A stretch of 64,000 bases of DNA from positions 1 through 64,000 of IMG/VR virus record IMGVR_UViG_3300033064_003894; one strand, 5' to 3'. Positions within the stretch are counted from its first letter, which is position 1. Each line of letters starts with the position of its first letter. Below, one piece after another: positions 37,347 to 47,756 of the stretch. Made by a program: the position numbers and the translations under genes. The notes under the pieces were generated by a model. It had not been told where the DNA came from. It saw only the letters and a program-made list of their open reading frames with translations, and ran no database searches. This DNA is from a virus.

Positions 37347-40122
37347 TTAAGAATCTAGAGCCCAAGCTGCTTGTAGCTTCTGTGTCTGTTGGGCCTATAA
37401 CCATCCACTTAGCTATTTGATATATCTTTGAGTTCCCCTGCGGCTTTCCATTGTCACAGTAGATCTTTAGACCCAAATCGGCATTTGTATTCTTAGGGTC
37501 AGCTTGAGTAATTCTGGCAGTGCCAGGAGTTAGATAGCAGAATTGATATTTACAGACATTCGCTCCTCCGCTACTAGGAGCAACGATTGCTACTATATTA
37601 TTAACAGTCAGAGCCCTATAACCAATTTCATCCGATCCGAACGGAACTCCTGATTGACCAGGAGTTATAATTCCAGCATACCATCTATTTGGGTCATTCT
37701 TAATCCCCGCAATTGCTGAGCTGTTGGTAAACACCTTGTATGGAGGTTCAAATCCTATATTCCCAAAATAGATTCCGTTCTTGAATTCAGTGTCGTCTGG
37801 GTGCCTTTTTGCTGTATTTGACGAACCCTCAAATCTGCCAATCTTCCCATTGTAAAGGTTTATAACACAGCCGCCGAATGCGTATCCATGTGAATATCCA
37901 AATGTGAACTCAGTAGTCCCAACGCCACGAACAACGTTTTCTATGCACTGTACAAGACTTAGATTTTTATTTAAACCAAGCTCCTCTCTGTTAGCCAGCC
38001 ACCCAGCAAAAGAAGACTTTACCTCACCTGATGCGCTATATGACATTCCAGCAGAGAAGTCATACTCTCTTGGAGTAACGTCTGGTGCATTTGCAAAACC
38101 AAGAGCGTCTGCCCAGTTAGACATAAACGCTTGAAGCCCTCCATATGTGATTATTGGATTTTTGTCACTAATGAATTCATCTGGCTCTATGCTACCAACT
38201 GTGTAAAGGCCAGTAGACGAAGTCAAAAGCTCATCGTTGTACCCCTTAGGTGGAGTCTTTAGCTTTAGGTATCCATTGGTAGAATAGTTAATAAGACTGC
38301 TTGCGCTTAGAGCAAGTCCTGTATATATTGGCACATCAGAGAACATTCCTACAGACATGGTTAGTGTAGTTAAAAGAGAAAGAGACGCTGACGGAGCACC
38401 TGACTCCATTCCTGCTAACGATTCAAATGTTACAAAATAGTTGCCGTTAAATGTTCCAAGCGAGGTCGAGTAAAATTCCGAGTCAGCCGGCGTTGGATCC
38501 CAATGTCTTACCACTTCCTCATTAAAGACGGCTTCAGCTATTCCAGGGCTACCTATGGATTCTTCAAGGCCAGCAAATGTTGCAGAACCATCGAACGCAT
38601 GCACAGTCTTTCCTAGAAGGTAGTTAGGACGAAGAACAGCAGATACAATAGTCTTTGCCTGAGAAGAGGTGTGGGTCTGTGAGGCAAACCTTGATGTTAC
38701 AACTGGAATTGTCCCTATCTCAAAAGAGCCTGCACTTAAGTCGTTAATATAAAACTGCTTTCCAGTTTTGTCGTCGTAGTGAGGAGTAGTCGACGCGGTG
38801 CAGTTCAGATGGTTAGCATAGAAGTGGTCTGACGGACAAAGTCTTCCATCAACCCATACCTGAAGCTGTCCAGTATTCGCCATATATGGTATTTTTGAAT
38901 CAACATATTGAACTTCATCTGTAGCATGTGCAGCATTTTTGTATACAACTGGGAGAGAAAGGGCTCCAGTTATGTTTGCTTCTCTGTAGTGTGTCTGTGA
39001 CCCCTGTAAAGCCTTAACTCCTATTATAGTTATTGTAGCAATCGCAGATGCAACATATTCATCTGACGTCCAGCCGTTGTTTAATTCATTCTCCCATCCT
39101 GGACGCTTGTACAGCTCCAATGACTCTCTTTCGTCACCACCTTCTGAATATTCAGACAGAGAATATCTATCAAATCCTACAAGAGTTCCTCCACCAACTT
39201 GCACGCGATCATTTGAAAAGATAAAAGGATAAGCCTCTCCATTTATTATGTATTCTTTATTGTTCTTGCCAAACTTTAACTTGTTATTACCGCCGTCTTC
39301 TGGACTAAGAAATCCGTGGCGTTCTCTAAATACGAAGTCGTCACTAAAAAGAATGTCGATGAAAGCGTCAGCATAATCGGCAAATGTTATATCTGATCCA
39401 TCCACTCTGCCTAACGATTCAGTTGCTCTAATTAAAATAGAGCCAGGAGATTCAATAACATAGTGAGTCTCTTCTTCTAAAAGCCCACCCATGAAGAACA
39501 CAAGTATTCGATGGTCTCCCTTTGCAAGAACAATATTGTCTACAAATATTCTGTAAAAGGCGCCAACTCTTGATGCAGCAAAATCGATGGCTTTCCGAGA
39601 AAAGATTTGCGTTCCATTAGACACCATGGCAGCCAAGTCTTTCATTCGTGCACGCGTAGAAGATCTGTATGATGGGAACTGCCCAGAAGATAAAGACTTC
39701 CTCGATGACTCATTAAGAGTAATAGACGAAGGGTAGTAATATCCAATAACCGCCATCTTATTTGTGACGCTAACTGGAGAGATCATGTCAACGATTACAG
39801 GCGTATCCTCTTTGTTGTCGTTTGTGTAGGCAACAACAACCTTGGGAGCTCTTGGGCTTTCTGTATAAGAAAACACCACTGTTTCCTTTATTGATATAAG
39901 AACTCCGTCGCTTGAGAATTTCCCTGGAGAAAGCTTTATCGTCAAGTTGGCTCCAGGAGTGCTCTCTCCAAGAGAATTCACCTCTTTAATGTCTTCAAGG
40001 ATAAAGCCGTCTATTAGGAAGCTTTCTCCATATATAATCTTATGTCCCTGGTTAAGATTAGACGAGTTGTACCTCGCGCCATATGGCACGCTCTTTTCAA
40101 CAATTCCTGAATTTATGATCAT
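37288..40122 (-). CDS. large virion protein (paralog of 40119..44942)
   Basis: Shared QVW.DGRL, FNGNYF.T..SL.G, SDVP, NPI.TY, W.DALG, FGY..G...G.C blocks. Confidence 0.7.
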   Translation of the reverse strand: MIINSGIVEKSVPYGARYNSSNLNQGHKIIYGESFLIDGFILEDIKEVNSLGESTPGANLTIKLSPGKFSSDGVLISIKETVVFSYTESPRAPKVVVAYTNDNKEDTPVIVDMISPVSVTNKMAVIGYYYPSSITLNESSRKSLSSGQFPSYRSSTRARMKDLAAMVSNGTQIFSRKAIDFAASRVGAFYRIFVDNIVLAKGDHRILVFFMGGLLEEETHYVIESPGSILIRATESLGRVDGSDITFADYADAFIDILFSDDFVFRERHGFLSPEDGGNNKLKFGKNNKEYIINGEAYPFIFSNDRVQVGGGTLVGFDRYSLSEYSEGGDERESLELYKRPGWENELNNGWTSDEYVASAIATITIIGVKALQGSQTHYREANITGALSLPVVYKNAAHATDEVQYVDSKIPYMANTGQLQVWVDGRLCPSDHFYANHLNCTASTTPHYDDKTGKQFYINDLSAGSFEIGTIPVVTSRFASQTHTSSQAKTIVSAVLRPNYLLGKTVHAFDGSATFAGLEESIGSPGIAEAVFNEEVVRHWDPTPADSEFYSTSLGTFNGNYFVTFESLAGMESGAPSASLSLLTTLTMSVGMFSDVPIYTGLALSASSLINYSTNGYLKLKTPPKGYNDELLTSSTGLYTVGSIEPDEFISDKNPIITYGGLQAFMSNWADALGFANAPDVTPREYDFSAGMSYSASGEVKSSFAGWLANREELGLNKNLSLVQCIENVVRGVGTTEFTFGYSHGYAFGGCVINLYNGKIGRFEGSSNTAKRHPDDTEFKNGIYFGNIGFEPPYKVFTNSSAIAGIKNDPNRWYAGIITPGQSGVPFGSDEIGYRALTVNNIVAIVAPSSGGANVCKYQFCYLTPGTARITQADPKNTNADLGLKIYCDNGKPQGNSKIYQIAKWMVIGPTDTEATSSLGSRFLSGDNDENWYRIDEEFAPID

Positions 40123-43100
40123 GTCTTAGTTACAAGAATGTCCTTGTTTCGTACTGTGTAGAAGTTATCGGTTCTTTGACCAGAAGCACCTTCTACGTGG
40201 CCAGCAAACCTTGGTAAAAAGCCGCGAGTCGGTCCAATCAAAAAGAAGAACACAGGCTCAACGTAGTGTGAATAATTCACGTATGGCCTGACTGACAGTT
40301 TACCACCATCATAAATATCAAAATATTCAATGCACTTAGGATGAGCCTCAGCAGTGTCAGACTCTGCGTTGGTGTCACCCCAATGGTAATAATAGTCGGT
40401 AGTATGCCACGTTGATCCATGGTCCTCTCTCCACGTAGTCATAAATGACCCACGTAACTCTCTCATTGGAGACATCCAACAAATGATGTTGTTACGTACG
40501 CCTTTATTGTGCATATACATCCCAGACCCGCTCTTAAAGTTATTATATCCTGGAGTTTTTGGCAATCCATTATCCCCAAGATATGAAAAATCTATAAAGC
40601 CTGTTGACGGGTTTGCTTGTGCATAAGGTGTAGTCCATGGATCACTAAGATATGTATGAACCTTATATGTCTCTTTATCTTCCTTAAGGTCCTTGCTTGG
40701 CTTTGCATATCCAACGTGCCCTCCATACCAACCGTAGTCAAATGGAGAGCTTCTGTCCTGTTGATTGAATCTATACCACGCATAACTTGTATTGTTTGAA
40801 TATCTAGCATCATTCCTGTTTCTGCTTAATATGTCAGAAACGCTAGGAAGTCCAGATGAAGGAACCTTACACCATCCTTCATCTAACGTTGACGCAGACT
40901 TCCTTGACCAGTGAGGCCCATTTTCGCTGTAGTTAGTCCTCTGTGTGACGAAGTCATCATGATATTCTCTATAAACTCCACCAGAACCAACTATTCCACC
41001 TCTCTCAGTATATGGCGGTATGCCAAGTCTCGGGTAGCGCTCATTAGTCATCGGCTTGAAGAGCATTTCCCCGTCTTCCATATTGAACGCACATGTCCCC
41101 CACATCATTCCTGAGCCATATCCGAAGTTTGCCTTTATCTCTTGTCTATATCCAAGGAACTTCTCCATAACGATTACAACAGAATCTGTAGTAGATACAT
41201 TAAGAAGACCTCTTGTCTGCGGAGACAATAGAGCTCCAAATCCAGAAGATACTGACCCATCATTCGCATTCCGTTCAATCCCTGCATCAAGCATTGTATG
41301 CCTAATTCCGTCTTCATCAGTAGTATATAAACCAAGCGCATCTCCCCACAAAGCCGCCATAGAGGCAAGGTTTGCGTATGTCATTATCGGATTGTTTGGA
41401 CCAAAGTATATGTTGTTAGATACAGTTAACGTTGGCCTTCCTGTCACGGGATTCAAGAAGCTTGCACCGGTAGAGTCTAAAGCTTCTTTTTTGAATAATG
41501 TCTCAATAGCTTGATCTACCTGCATAATAGATCTAGACTCAACGATTGATTTGCCAGACCTCAACGGCACGTCTGACATTAGGTCAACCGTTAACTGAAG
41601 AACTCCAAATACGCTAAGAGCTTTATGTGGGTGATTCTGGTCTGAAGGTATATCTTCATATCCAACATACACATAGTCTCCAGTGTCAAGAGTTTTAAAC
41701 CCCATAAGGGAGTTAATAGTTAAGAAATAGTTTCCGTTAAATATCTTGCCTGTATCAGAAAATTCTGTGCCGTCAGAAATAGTGTCGTAGTGCCTAGGGG
41801 TTGGAGGGTTAGCTCCAGCTCCTTGCCATACCCCTGAACCAAATGTTGGAACACCAACTCTGTAAATTGCCTCACTAATTGATTTATTCGCATTTACACT
41901 AGCCTCTTCCAATTCTTCGAAAGAGTGCGGGAGCTTCACCTTTACCCGGTTTTCAGGCGACGACGCGGCAGACTCGAAAACTATTAGATTTATATTTCTA
42001 GAAGCCGTTGTTGCAAGGCTTACAGGTAGACCACCTTCTATCTCTAGACCTAACTGAGAATCTCTCTGAACGTTCATAGGATAAGATGCAAACTCAAATT
42101 TATCTGAGCCGGTTTTTACTGAATATAACTGGTCCGTGCGTCCGTCAAATTTCTCAACTGCATCAGAAATGGTATTCTTAGACGTATGGTCTGGGTAAGA
42201 TAGCCTTCCGTCAGACCATACTTGCCAGGAGTTGTTCTTGCCATAAGTTGCTACTGGAGACGAGACATAAGATCTAGATGAAGTTTGGTGCCAGACAACT
42301 CCTTTAGCTATAACCTCATTAGCATATAAGTTGTTTACGCATGCTACGGTTATTTTAAGGACGGCAGAACTTGCAGAAGTACTTGAATCTAAAAGTTGTC
42401 CAGCATCTAGTCCGCCCACTCCAGACTTGTTGTATAGAGTTGGGTGTATAGAAAGAAATGTACGGTTTTTGTCTATATTATACCGGTCTTTATTGAGCAT
42501 GAACCCGTCAGAGAATACAAGCAATGAGCTATCTGAATCTATGAACCCACGATCAGAGTCAGATATTTCAATAACAGAACTTCCAGTTTGATATATATAG
42601 TAATCACGAATGAACTTAATATTGTTTGATGATATTACGTCTATACTTCCAGTTATGAAATCATTGTCTGTAATCCCATGGCTTCCAGTAAAGTACGGCT
42701 GAACGATGTCAGATCCTGTCTTCCAAATAACAGCCCTGTCTATCCACGCAATATGCATATCAAGACCAGGACGCATTAGTTTGCCATTAACAAATACCAT
42801 TTGAGGCTGACCACCCATATCAAGTGGTGCACTAAAGAACATCTCATTACCTATGGTAATGCCTTCATTAATTACAGTATCTGTTTCTGTATTTATATAA
42901 ACAGAAGAGCCTGTCCATGTTTGAAGCGAAGACGTATAGTTGAAACCTGAATTTGTTATTCCTAATGGGTGCATGTCAGAGAAAACAGATGCATCTCTCT
43001 CTGGAGTTATAAACGACTTAAAACTTCCACTTGGAGCTGGCAGCCATTTAAGTCCTTTAAAATTAAATCCTGAATCATTCTCTAACTCTAATGGATATAC

Positions 43101-44942
43101 ACGAACATTAGCTATGTCTATGAATCCAGTTGCCGTTTTGTAATATGCAAGTATCACTCCGTTCTCTACAGCAGCAATAGCGGCAATTGGAACTCTGTAC
43201 TTCGTCCAAGTAGTTGTTGTAGTAACATCTACTGTATTTGCAGTGGCGCCCTTTCCGCACCATACAGTTAGCGTTTTTGTAGTCGTACCACATCTTGCAT
43301 CAAACTCAACGACAACGCTGTGAGCGTTTGTTATAAATCCGTCATCATTGAACCCCTGAGACACCGCAGCCCTTGTAGCAAATGTAGTTGTCGCGATAGA
43401 AAGCCTTACAGTGTTACTTATATGAGTAGTTTGGTTTTTTACCTTAACGACAGAAGCGCCAGAACCTTCATATACGTCCCATCCAACCGGCTTATCGTCT
43501 TTCCAATACTTAAAGTCTCCGTTCTTTACATGATTTACCTGAACATCCGAGAAGAACGCGAATCCAAGAAGTGCTCTATTATGTAGAGCGTGCACGGTTT
43601 TTTCAGTATTATCTTCATATGTAACAGAGACATTGTCAAGGAAGATTGATTCTCCGTCGTCTCCAATCATATAAAAGTCAAGAAAGCTATTTTCGTCTCC
43701 AGCTCCCTGATTAGGTGTAGGAATAATTGTTTGTGAGTATTTAGTCCATGTAGTAGTCAAAGAAAGAGCCGTATAAACCTGCTCTTCCAATTGTGGTCCA
43801 TTTATGGAAACATTAAGTGCTACGGCATTAATAGAAGCTTTCGCAAAGAATGAAACGATTACCTTCCTATTAGGCGGTATTGACCTTAATCCATTTGCCG
43901 ACAGAGTCCTAACTGACAACCTAGCGGGTGTAGCTGGAGATTCAATTCTAGTCATCTTTAGTGCAGCCCCATCTCCTGCCACAAGTGACAATGAGCTGCC
44001 GTCTAAATCAGCGCTCTCTTTGTAAATCTCCCAGTCAGAGAACAGTGAAGCACCGTCGTTATTGACAAAGGCTCCGTTAGATATGGCTTCAACCGTCTTA
44101 TATGACACTTCCGTCTTTGATACAGGTTCTGCAGATATATATACATTAGAGTCGTTTGAATTACTGTCAGTCCATCCATATATTGCTATACCTCCATAAT
44201 CATAATTTGGAACCTCTATCTCTGTATCGCCATTAATCTTTACGCCACACCCATTAGAGAAGAATGACCCTGGTCCAAGAACTATCTTGGCCCCGGCCGA
44301 TTCGTCAGTAACGCTCATAACCGTTACTTCGTCAATATCTATTTCTATAGGCGTCACACTTCCAACCTGGTCATATATTGCAAAAACTATATAACTATTT
44401 GCAGCAGACGTTGCCTGTACTTTAGCGGTATAGACTCCCCATTGATTTGATATTACAAAGTAGTCAAACGATTCTGTTTGCCTAACCTCTACGGGTGTGG
44501 TGCCGTCACTTATTGTTACCCTTAATTGAGAGAGGTCTGCAAGTGCCCTAGCCTTAAATGTTACATTTACAGTTGAAGACTTTGGAATAGTTGTAGTACT
44601 CTTAATTGATATCCTGTCTGCATATGTAGCCGCAGCGCCAGTATAGTAAAGCCGTACTCCTGTATTGTCTTCTGAGAATACAGGACTTATTGAGCCCTGA
44701 GGAAGACCGGCATTTTCAGATGACCAGTGCTCATAAGATGCTCCATTAAATACATCAAAGCTCCCATCGCTTATTAAGTTAGCCCTTCCGTGTATTAGTG
44801 AACTAGACTTAAGCTTGAACCCGTCAATCTTATACGCATCTCCTAGATACCCTGAATAATTACTACCTATGCCGCGAGAATGCAGCGGCTGGTCATAGTA
44901 TATGCTCTTTGAGGCGCTTCCTTGAGCGATTTTTATCGCCAT
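40119..44942 (-). CDS. large virion protein with three CBM4-9-like inserts
   Basis: NLISDGSFD, AISNGAFV, NHVKNGDFK domain starts; paralog blocks as above. Confidence 0.7.
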   Translation of the reverse strand: MAIKIAQGSASKSIYYDQPLHSRGIGSNYSGYLGDAYKIDGFKLKSSSLIHGRANLISDGSFDVFNGASYEHWSSENAGLPQGSISPVFSEDNTGVRLYYTGAAATYADRISIKSTTTIPKSSTVNVTFKARALADLSQLRVTISDGTTPVEVRQTESFDYFVISNQWGVYTAKVQATSAANSYIVFAIYDQVGSVTPIEIDIDEVTVMSVTDESAGAKIVLGPGSFFSNGCGVKINGDTEIEVPNYDYGGIAIYGWTDSNSNDSNVYISAEPVSKTEVSYKTVEAISNGAFVNNDGASLFSDWEIYKESADLDGSSLSLVAGDGAALKMTRIESPATPARLSVRTLSANGLRSIPPNRKVIVSFFAKASINAVALNVSINGPQLEEQVYTALSLTTTWTKYSQTIIPTPNQGAGDENSFLDFYMIGDDGESIFLDNVSVTYEDNTEKTVHALHNRALLGFAFFSDVQVNHVKNGDFKYWKDDKPVGWDVYEGSGASVVKVKNQTTHISNTVRLSIATTTFATRAAVSQGFNDDGFITNAHSVVVEFDARCGTTTKTLTVWCGKGATANTVDVTTTTTWTKYRVPIAAIAAVENGVILAYYKTATGFIDIANVRVYPLELENDSGFNFKGLKWLPAPSGSFKSFITPERDASVFSDMHPLGITNSGFNYTSSLQTWTGSSVYINTETDTVINEGITIGNEMFFSAPLDMGGQPQMVFVNGKLMRPGLDMHIAWIDRAVIWKTGSDIVQPYFTGSHGITDNDFITGSIDVISSNNIKFIRDYYIYQTGSSVIEISDSDRGFIDSDSSLLVFSDGFMLNKDRYNIDKNRTFLSIHPTLYNKSGVGGLDAGQLLDSSTSASSAVLKITVACVNNLYANEVIAKGVVWHQTSSRSYVSSPVATYGKNNSWQVWSDGRLSYPDHTSKNTISDAVEKFDGRTDQLYSVKTGSDKFEFASYPMNVQRDSQLGLEIEGGLPVSLATTASRNINLIVFESAASSPENRVKVKLPHSFEELEEASVNANKSISEAIYRVGVPTFGSGVWQGAGANPPTPRHYDTISDGTEFSDTGKIFNGNYFLTINSLMGFKTLDTGDYVYVGYEDIPSDQNHPHKALSVFGVLQLTVDLMSDVPLRSGKSIVESRSIMQVDQAIETLFKKEALDSTGASFLNPVTGRPTLTVSNNIYFGPNNPIMTYANLASMAALWGDALGLYTTDEDGIRHTMLDAGIERNANDGSVSSGFGALLSPQTRGLLNVSTTDSVVIVMEKFLGYRQEIKANFGYGSGMMWGTCAFNMEDGEMLFKPMTNERYPRLGIPPYTERGGIVGSGGVYREYHDDFVTQRTNYSENGPHWSRKSASTLDEGWCKVPSSGLPSVSDILSRNRNDARYSNNTSYAWYRFNQQDRSSPFDYGWYGGHVGYAKPSKDLKEDKETYKVHTYLSDPWTTPYAQANPSTGFIDFSYLGDNGLPKTPGYNNFKSGSGMYMHNKGVRNNIICWMSPMRELRGSFMTTWREDHGSTWHTTDYYYHWGDTNAESDTAEAHPKCIEYFDIYDGGKLSVRPYVNYSHYVEPVFFFLIGPTRGFLPRFAGHVEGASGQRTDNFYTVRNKDILVTKT

Positions 44943-44981
44943 GACCTATATTTTATTTACTTAAGAAAATCCGTTTTATTA

Positions 44982-45299
44982 TTACAGAACATTCATGTTG
45001 GAATTCTGCATTTGATTTGGATATAGCCCTATTGGACCAGTCTCCTCTTTCTTTTTGTTAATAAGATCCTGAAGTGCTTTAATTATTAAATATGTGCCAA
45101 TTGCTGTACCAGTTAGACCGGCAATACCTTTAAGTCCTCCAAAAGCTTTAGCCAGTGCTCCAGATGCGTCCTTAAGCTTATCTATATTCTTTACCGGATT
45201 CCCAGACAAATATAATACGCCAGACCCCAAAAGAAGCTTAAATGGGTCAATTAAGTTAGTCTCATTCTCCATAGCGTCCAATTGATTATACTTGGTCAA
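44982..45299 (-). CDS. small protein with Gly-zipper helix, possible internal virion protein
   Basis: GGLKGIAGLTGTAIGTYL. Confidence 0.5.
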   Translation of the reverse strand: MTKYNQLDAMENETNLIDPFKLLLGSGVLYLSGNPVKNIDKLKDASGALAKAFGGLKGIAGLTGTAIGTYLIIKALQDLINKKKEETGPIGLYPNQMQNSNMNVL

Positions 45300-45399
45300 T
45301 TACGATAAACAAAATGGCATAAATTTATAAGTAATACAATAATATGTAGGACTGGAGAGGGTGATCGCATTTTTTTAATAATTATGGTATAATCACCTG

Positions 45400-45843
45400 A
45401 TGAGCGGCAAAAAGAGAATATTAAAAAAATCTTCTGCAATCGTAGAGAGAGAACAGATTAATAAGATCGCAAAAATGGTTTCTTCATTTGTAAAGAGTCC
45501 AAGAATTCGTCCGGCGTCTCGTGCACATATACAGAGACTCCCTGATGAGTGGCTTGGGGCCTTTGACCATGGAACTCTAGACAACGGGGAAAGGCATTGT
45601 TCAAGAACATTTATTTTGCTGAATAAGAAGCATCTTAATGGAAAGAAGAAAAAGTCGGTTTCTGTTCTTATACATGAGATAACTCATCTTGAAATATACA
45701 GGTCAGGGTATGACAGCGTGATTACGTTGTCAGGTGAAGAGGTGATATGTGAAGTTGTTAGCGCAGTAGTCTCAGCATCACTCACTAAAAAAGATATAGA
45801 TCGTCTATATAAAGTCGCTGAAACTCTTTGGGACAGAGACTAA
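45400..45843 (+). CDS. small HEXXH zincin-like metalloprotein
   Basis: LIHEITH...EEVICE; GGTATAAT 6 nt before ATG. Confidence 0.65.
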   Translation: MSGKKRILKKSSAIVEREQINKIAKMVSSFVKSPRIRPASRAHIQRLPDEWLGAFDHGTLDNGERHCSRTFILLNKKHLNGKKKKSVSVLIHEITHLEIYRSGYDSVITLSGEEVICEVVSAVVSASLTKKDIDRLYKVAETLWDRD

Positions 45844-46415
45844 TAAACAGAGTCGAACAGAATTTTCCACTCAACCACTAGTCCTACATTTACCGGGGCT
45901 GATGAGCTAAACAGAACTTCTGGGAACGTAATCCTAGCGAACAAATCCATAGTCCCTGAATTTGGAGATCCAATAACTTCCTTTGTCATAAGCCCAACCT
46001 CAGATATAGATGACACGCTAGGATGCTCGTCTGCAAGAGCAGCTGATGTAAAAGTGATAGAATATTCTGGAGCTCCATCATTGAATGTATAAGCAACTGG
46101 CTCACGGAACTCCTCGGTGGAAAGCTTGAAATCTGCCACCTCAGGAGGATAAAATGTGCTTCCAGATGCTCCGCCTGAACCAAAAGACATATATCGTATT
46201 GCTCCAGACGCCGGGTCTTGGCCAAGCAGGTGAGACATCGTTTTAAGTCCTGTATTAACTATAAGGTTACTGTCTTCATAAACCATTATACCTAATGGCT
46301 TCTTCCTAGACATTAGGTGAATATTAAATAATTCTACTCTATCATGCACATTTTTATATTTTATTATTTTTACATGTCCACGCATGCTAAAGGCGCTTCT
46401 TTGAATAATTTTCAT
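45840..46415 (-). CDS. tail-collar fibre / baseplate-type protein (DUF3751-like)
   Basis: NLIVNTG, YMSFGSGG, L..E.FR, ISEVGL, LFARITF, VEWKI. Confidence 0.75.
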   Translation of the reverse strand: MKIIQRSAFSMRGHVKIIKYKNVHDRVELFNIHLMSRKKPLGIMVYEDSNLIVNTGLKTMSHLLGQDPASGAIRYMSFGSGGASGSTFYPPEVADFKLSTEEFREPVAYTFNDGAPEYSITFTSAALADEHPSVSSISEVGLMTKEVIGSPNSGTMDLFARITFPEVLFSSSAPVNVGLVVEWKILFDSVY

Positions 46416-46505
46416 TTTTGTCCGTTCAAGATTATATCACATCATGGTATAATCCCAAATGGGACGAACCTTGGAAACTGTACTTATTTTTTGTGTGGTT
46501 GACTT

Positions 46506-46928
46506 ATGCTGAAAACACCGTATAAAATAAAGACAATGAAAAACACCTTCATTGGCAGGGACAGAATATCTGCCGTAAGAATCAAGGTCGCATCTTCCGC
46601 TTTAGTTAGCGGAGAATGCCTTGACTTTGAAAATAAATTCATTAAAGTGTTCAATGTCACACCAAATGATCTAAAAAACCGGTACCTCTATATTGAGTAT
46701 CAAATCAAAAAGGCAGATTTTGATGACTATATATTTGTAAGAGACGCTGTTGTTGCAGGAGGCGCTATTGTACTTACAAAGGAAGAGGCCTTGGAGATGA
46801 ATGAACAAAATGGATCAAAAGAAACTAAAGTGCCCACAATGCAAGCTCCTAGTGAAAAGCCCATTGCTAAACGACGGAAGGCCGTGCGTAAAGTGCGAAA
46901 GCCTGATACTGAGAGCGGCGAGGTTTAA
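46506..46928 (+). CDS. hypothetical protein
   Basis: 140-aa ORF downstream of promoter motif 46446-46453. Confidence 0.6.
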   Translation: MLKTPYKIKTMKNTFIGRDRISAVRIKVASSALVSGECLDFENKFIKVFNVTPNDLKNRYLYIEYQIKKADFDDYIFVRDAVVAGGAIVLTKEEALEMNEQNGSKETKVPTMQAPSEKPIAKRRKAVRKVRKPDTESGEV

Positions 46929-47040
46929 TTCATGCCTATGCGGAGAGAGGGCCGAAAGGTTTAAAAAGATGCTCTCTTTAAAGGAAGTAAAAATTGGATG
47001 CAAGCGTTGCTTGTATTCTAGAATAGAGAAAATAAAGTAG
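46801..47040 (+). CDS. double zinc-ribbon protein overlapping upstream gene
   Basis: CPQC, CVKC, CLC, CKRC; GGAG upstream. Confidence 0.5.
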   Translation: MNKMDQKKLKCPQCKLLVKSPLLNDGRPCVKCESLILRAARFNSCLCGERAERFKKMLSLKEVKIGCKRCLYSRIEKIK

Positions 47041-47051
47041 CTTAGAAACAA

Positions 47052-47315
47052 ATGAAAAAAATAAATTACGGACTTGTTCCGGAAAAATTCTTAGTGTCTA
47101 TGCAAGCATGGATCTCTAAGGGAGAGTATCCTGGACCATTCATCGCCTCTGTATTAGAAAACAAGTTGTCTGATGCAGTTGTTAATGGAGGGAGAGATAT
47201 GGATCTTGTTCAAGACCTTATAGAGTTTCTATTGACAGAGGCTCCAAAAGAATGCTGGGGATCTCAAGAAACAATGAAATCGTGGACAAATGAACGACAA
47301 AGAATGCTTAGATAA
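47052..47315 (+). CDS. conserved small phage protein (PG.F...VL.N.L..A...P..CWGS)
   Basis: Recognisable widespread phage motif, function unknown. Confidence 0.7.
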   Translation: MKKINYGLVPEKFLVSMQAWISKGEYPGPFIASVLENKLSDAVVNGGRDMDLVQDLIEFLLTEAPKECWGSQETMKSWTNERQRMLR

Positions 47316-47454
47316 ACAATTAGTCTCATCTGCTCAGGTTATCTCAGTAATACAAGTTGTTATAGACTTGGAAGATTCTAGGATAGTTGAGCTGTGGTCG
47401 CTAGAAGGAGATAAAATAGCAGAAAAGAAATGGCCAACACAAACACAGAAATAA
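47290..47454 (+). CDS. 54-aa hypothetical protein (MNDKECLDK...)
   Basis: Manually translated; fills the gap and overlaps both neighbours. Confidence 0.45.
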   Translation: MNDKECLDKQLVSSAQVISVIQVVIDLEDSRIVELWSLEGDKIAEKKWPTQTQK

Positions 47455-47756
47455 ACTACTCTGAGGTTATAGCCCTTTGCTCGGCGATAAGTATAATCCA
47501 TGACAAGGTTGAGACTGCCGTATCTGTACAGCGGGCTATAAACGAAATCGATGAAGAAGAAGAAGAGGATGAGTTGAAGACGTCAATGTTTTCAGTTTTT
47601 CTAGGAGGACCGACAAAGGACAGCGAGCAGAATGTAGTAATACGTCTAGATGCAATTCTAGACGAACTAGTACCACTTGAGAGGCGTATGACCGAAAGGC
47701 TACAGGAACTTACGAATTCACTATGGATGACAAAGAAGAGCAAAGAAGAAAAATAG
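47430..47756 (+). CDS. hypothetical acidic helical protein
   Basis: ORF in run. Confidence 0.6.
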   Translation: MANTNTEINYSEVIALCSAISIIHDKVETAVSVQRAINEIDEEEEEDELKTSMFSVFLGGPTKDSEQNVVIRLDAILDELVPLERRMTERLQELTNSLWMTKKSKEEK

